From a bacterium (GTDB lineage: Bacteria; Planctomycetota; Planctomycetia; Planctomycetales; Planctomycetaceae), in the NCBI GenBank assembly GCA_016125225.1, contig WGME01000019.1:60162-124161 (forward strand): a stretch of 64,000 nucleotides of DNA, read 5' to 3'. Shown piece after piece: positions 60,538-64,000 of the stretch (position 1 is the first letter of the stretch; every line of letters begins with the position of its first letter). Position numbers and translations under genes: made by a program. The notes under the pieces were generated by a model. That model saw nothing but the letters and a program-made list of their open reading frames with translations. It was not told the origin of the DNA and did no database searches.

Positions 60538-61836
60538 TCAGTCATCCGTGCGGGAATGGAAGAACGGATCGTCGGGTCGCTTGGTGTGACAGACCGTGCA
60601 GTCGTTGATAGTTCCGGCATGGCCCTGCTGCAGGATGGCCTGGGCGTTGTCGGGCGCGGTCGCGGCTGGTCCCACGGCATGTTGCGGGCCATGGCACGCC
60701 GCGCAGAAGACACCGCCGTGACCGCGAGAATCCTTGAAGCTCTTGCCGGGCTCTTCATACTTGTATCGGGGATTCAAAGTGTTGTGGCATTGAGCACAGG
60801 TGGGTTCATCCACCCAAGGTGTGCGGGCCGGGTTGGCGACGGCATACATATCGCCATGGCAATTGATGCATGTTATGCCCAGCGGCAGGTGGACATCACG
60901 CTGACATTCGGTTTGCACACCGGGATGGCATGCATAGCAGGTGTTATTCAGAAAGGAGACCGCTCCCATGCGGCTGGCATGTGCCCCGTGCATGGCATGA
61001 GAAAACGAAGAGACGCCGGGAGCGCCAGGTGTTCCGAGAGCCGGGTCGGCATGACAACTGGCACAGAGAACGGGTTTCTGTGCTTCCAGCGTAGTGCCGT
61101 GCAGGCGATCGTGAGCCCTGAGCATGTCGGTCGCGACACTGATCCCCTCGGTGTTATGGCACAGGTTGCAGCTGATCTCCCAGGAAACGGGAACCACGGC
61201 CTCGGTACTCGCGACTACTTTCCCCCGTTTGTTTTTCACGAGAATTTGAGAAAGCTGGAAGGGATCGTTCTGAAACTGATCGGTGAGTGGTGTCGCAGGA
61301 ATCCCAGTTGCCACCCAGTCGCGATTTCCCGACGGAACCATGGTCCCGGCCAGTCCGTTGCCAGTCAGACCGACATCGACCGGCAAGTCGACACCGAACA
61401 GCAATTGCTCGTAAGACCAGAAGTCTGTCTTGGTTGTGGAAGTGGTGTTGCCAGGGATCGAGTAGGCGACCGTCAACCCGTCGCTGACGATTTTGGGTTC
61501 TTCCCCCCGGAGAATGACTTGGGCACGTAGCGTGTTGAATGGAGGCAGAATACAGATTTCCGAGAAATCCTGATTCATGCAGTGCATACCCAGGTCGTTG
61601 TAGCCCAGGACGGTGTAAGACGATTTCCGCAGACTTGGCCGTTCCCGTTCTGCTGCCACGACACTGGCAGATTCCGTCTCCGGTAAAACTCCAAACAGGC
61701 TTGTGACAACTAATGCTACCACCATGCTTGCCAGAGAAAGGATTAACCAGCGCGGAGTTCGAACGAACGTCAGATCGAAAGGTTTCACGGTGTGTCTCCA
61801 GAAGGGGTTTGCCATGATGACACTGCCCGCGGCCAA
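60538..61836 (-). CDS. Membrane-anchored multihaem (seven CXXCH) c-type cytochrome
   Basis: CNLCH, CASCH, CYACH, CINCH, CAQCH, CAACH, CTVCH; N-terminal TM segment LILSLASMVVALVVTSLFG. Confidence 0.85.
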   Translation of the reverse strand: MAAGSVIMANPFWRHTVKPFDLTFVRTPRWLILSLASMVVALVVTSLFGVLPETESASVVAAERERPSLRKSSYTVLGYNDLGMHCMNQDFSEICILPPFNTLRAQVILRGEEPKIVSDGLTVAYSIPGNTTSTTKTDFWSYEQLLFGVDLPVDVGLTGNGLAGTMVPSGNRDWVATGIPATPLTDQFQNDPFQLSQILVKNKRGKVVASTEAVVPVSWEISCNLCHNTEGISVATDMLRAHDRLHGTTLEAQKPVLCASCHADPALGTPGAPGVSSFSHAMHGAHASRMGAVSFLNNTCYACHPGVQTECQRDVHLPLGITCINCHGDMYAVANPARTPWVDEPTCAQCHNTLNPRYKYEEPGKSFKDSRGHGGVFCAACHGPQHAVGPAATAPDNAQAILQQGHAGTINDCTVCHTKRPDDPFFHSRTDD

Positions 61837-61989
61837 GTCTAACGGCCCTCCGAAGTCGGGATCTGCCGGGGAATGTTGGTATTCCGGAACGATCTTGCCG
61901 GGGTTTCCCCGCTACACGCCTGCGGAATCTGTCTGATATGATGGGTTTCTTGTCGAACTGCAGTAGTAGTTTCGCCTCCGAGAGTCGCC

Positions 61990-62898
61990 ATGAATGATCT
62001 TCCCTATTACTGCAAATTGGCGCTGCATCCACGGCAAATGACATTACTGGTTCTGTTTCTGGTCTTCGTCATTGAGGCGGCGATCATGCTGGCGCTGCCG
62101 GCACGTCTGTCAGAGACGATTGGCCCGTTGGGGGTGGCCGCGACGGATTCATTTTTGCTGACGGTGTTGCTGGTCCCCTGCTTGTGGTGGGTGATTGTGA
62201 AACCGCTGCGACGGATTGCGGATTGCCGACAGCACCTCCTGGACTGGGCCTTGTCCGGAGAAGAACGCAAGGCGAGGCAACTGGCTCGCGACCTACACGA
62301 CGGCATCGGTCAAATTGCTGCAGCGATGAATATCGGCCTCGCATCGATCGAGGCCAATTCCACCGAGCCGGGGATCATCGAACAGGCTGGGAAATTGCGC
62401 GAGGTGGGAAGGCAGCTTCACGAATCGATTCGGACGCTCGCGCGGGGACTGCGTCCCAGTGTGCTCGATGATATCGGCCTGGGCCCCGCCATCAGTCATT
62501 ACACACAGGAAACTGCAGCGGCCTTTGCAATTCCGATCACAACCAACGCCTCCGATCTTGATAAGGTTCGCTTGCCCGAAGCCATCGAAACCGCCGTTTT
62601 TCGTGTCGTTCAGGAAGCGGTGAGTAATGCCGTCCGCCATGCTCATCCGCAAAGGATCGATCTCGACATTCTTTTGACGGATCACAACATTGAATTAAGC
62701 GTCAGCGATGATGGTTGCGGGTTTGAACCTGAAGACATTCTGGATTGCCGCAGCCAGGATAAACCCTTTGGCCTGATCAGCATCCGCGAACGCGTGCATC
62801 TTCTCGGCGGAACCGCACTGCTGACATCTCGGCGAGGGCGTGGTACTCAGATTTCCGCAAGCATTCCCCTTCTTTCAAAGCCCTTGCCGCATGCCTGA
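61990..62898 (+). CDS. Membrane sensor histidine kinase, NarX/DegS-type (HisKA_3)
   Basis: LARDLHDGIGQ H-box, VQEAVSNAVRHA, DDGCGF, and two N-terminal TM segments. Confidence 0.85.
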   Translation: MNDLPYYCKLALHPRQMTLLVLFLVFVIEAAIMLALPARLSETIGPLGVAATDSFLLTVLLVPCLWWVIVKPLRRIADCRQHLLDWALSGEERKARQLARDLHDGIGQIAAAMNIGLASIEANSTEPGIIEQAGKLREVGRQLHESIRTLARGLRPSVLDDIGLGPAISHYTQETAAAFAIPITTNASDLDKVRLPEAIETAVFRVVQEAVSNAVRHAHPQRIDLDILLTDHNIELSVSDDGCGFEPEDILDCRSQDKPFGLISIRERVHLLGGTALLTSRRGRGTQISASIPLLSKPLPHA

Positions 62899-63547
62899 AA
62901 TCCGCGTCGCCATCGCCGACGATCATGCGATTCTCCGATCTGGACTCAAGCTGCTGATTGACCAGCAACCAGATATGTCGGTTGTCGGAGAAGCTCATGA
63001 TTGGGTTTCGGCTCTACAGATTCTGAATGACGTCCTGCCCGATGTAATGACCATCGATCTCACCATGCCGGGCGGCGATGCCTTTTATCGTTTACGCCAA
63101 CTTCGTCAGGTTGCTCCCACCGTGAAGTTGCTGGTCCTGACAATGCACGATGATGAAGCGTACCTCCGCGGAGCCATTTCCGCCGGTGCCGATGGCTATG
63201 TGCTGAAGGCCTCTGCTGACCGGGAGTTGATGACAGCCATTCGCGCAGTCATGGACGGGAAGCTATATACGACACTTGAGCTGCATCGTTTGAACTCTGT
63301 CGAGAAGGACGTCAAGAACCTGGCAGCGATCCCAGAGGAATTGTCCACGCTTAGCCATCGTGAAATGGAAGTCTTGCGATCAGCCGCTCGTGGATTGACG
63401 AATCGCGAAATCGCCGAGCAACTCTTCCTCAGCGTGAAAACGGTTGAATCTTACCGCGCGCGACTGATGTCGAAGTTGCGGCTGAAATCACGGGCAGATC
63501 TTGTCCAGCTCGCAATCCGTCATGGACTCCTGCAAGCAGAGTCGTGA
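62891..63547 (+). CDS. NarL/LuxR-family response regulator
   Basis: IRVAIADDHAILRSGL, DVMTIDLTMPG, and LSHREMEVLRSAARGLTNREIAEQLFLSVKTVESYR. ATGCCTGA start/stop overlap with the kinase gene. Confidence 0.9.
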   Translation: MPEIRVAIADDHAILRSGLKLLIDQQPDMSVVGEAHDWVSALQILNDVLPDVMTIDLTMPGGDAFYRLRQLRQVAPTVKLLVLTMHDDEAYLRGAISAGADGYVLKASADRELMTAIRAVMDGKLYTTLELHRLNSVEKDVKNLAAIPEELSTLSHREMEVLRSAARGLTNREIAEQLFLSVKTVESYRARLMSKLRLKSRADLVQLAIRHGLLQAES

Positions 63548-63820
63548 AACGTTGAATTCCATGACATCAAAGTCGAAAGCCATACCCGGAGACACGGCGA
63601 GCCATTCGACACTCCGCTGATGACCGGGCGATCCAGACCATTTTTGACGACGTTTAAGGGTAAAACCCGGCAGAACCTTACAGGTTTGTACGTCAGAATC
63701 CGCTTTCCCGTATCAGGTATTCTTCATACCATCCGGATTCAGATATCGGTCTACGATCGACATGCATTTTGCGATGTGAAGACAACTGCATTTTCCGTCT
63801 TCAGGCAGGGATGCTTACAC

Positions 63821-64000
63821 ATGTGTTGCCGTATTGCTTCTGTCGTGCTGGTTGCCATCGTCTGTCTATCTTCAGCGGTTGTGTCCGCGCAAGAACGGAC
63901 TCTTGCGACTACTGGTACTGGTGGCCAGGTTGATCTTGAACGCAGCCGAGTCTATGTCCTGGTCGGCAAAACGGGTCTTGGTCACGAGCATGGTGTTGTG
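63821..64000 (+). CDS. Secreted protein running off the right edge (partial); possibly YceI-like
   Basis: MCCRIASVVLVAIVCLSSAVVSAQ signal, then ...SRVYVLVGKTGLGHEHGVV. It is open to the window end and absent from the ORF track because it is edge-truncated. Confidence 0.45.
   Translation, partial: MCCRIASVVLVAIVCLSSAVVSAQERTLATTGTGGQVDLERSRVYVLVGKTGLGHEHGVV

Noticed and set aside
57833-64000. Direct repeat of the tRNA-Ser 3' end (attR) marking the far edge of the island
   Set aside because: Scanning by eye found no convincing copy of GGTTCGAATCCCTGCCTCTCC or a 12-nt or longer part of it. The nearest resemblance (CAGAATCCGCTTTCCCG, about 63710) is too degenerate. The island boundary is left undefined.

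Overview
This 64-kb chromosomal window reads as a Planctomycetota genome. The evidence is a PSCyt1-type 'planctomycete cytochrome c' protein, a DUF1559/H-X9-DG protein, many lipoprotein or secreted hypotheticals, and starts that mostly lack a Shine-Dalgarno sequence. Most of it is densely packed core metabolism and housekeeping: glyA, lexA, aroH, valS, cimA, a purine nucleoside phosphorylase, a CCA-adding enzyme, actP plus a DUF485 gene, Kef/TrkA potassium transport, two two-component systems, a Ser/Thr kinase and a PP2C phosphatase. The ORF track omits edge-truncated genes, so I added a cytochrome gene running off the left edge and a small gene running off the right edge. The only clearly accessory stretch is about 57.7-60.0 kb. 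It holds tRNA-Ser(UGA), a tyrosine integrase, a frameshifted and 3'-truncated type II-C-like cas9 relic, and an adjacent terminator-bearing noncoding stretch. Four findings seem most worth follow-up. (1) A promoter, an Ile-codon-run leader ORF and an intrinsic terminator lie immediately upstream of cimA, which is a candidate ribosome-mediated attenuator. (2) A 30-bp palindromic repeat family has three copies, one of them inserted in frame inside valS. (3) The cas9 relic and its possible tracrRNA remnant sit in the tRNA-associated island. (4) Paired TTCTGT/ACAGAA palindromes lie upstream of lexA. I found no CRISPR array, rRNA gene or intact transposon. All function calls rest on motifs I could read in the translations, and none has been checked against a database.
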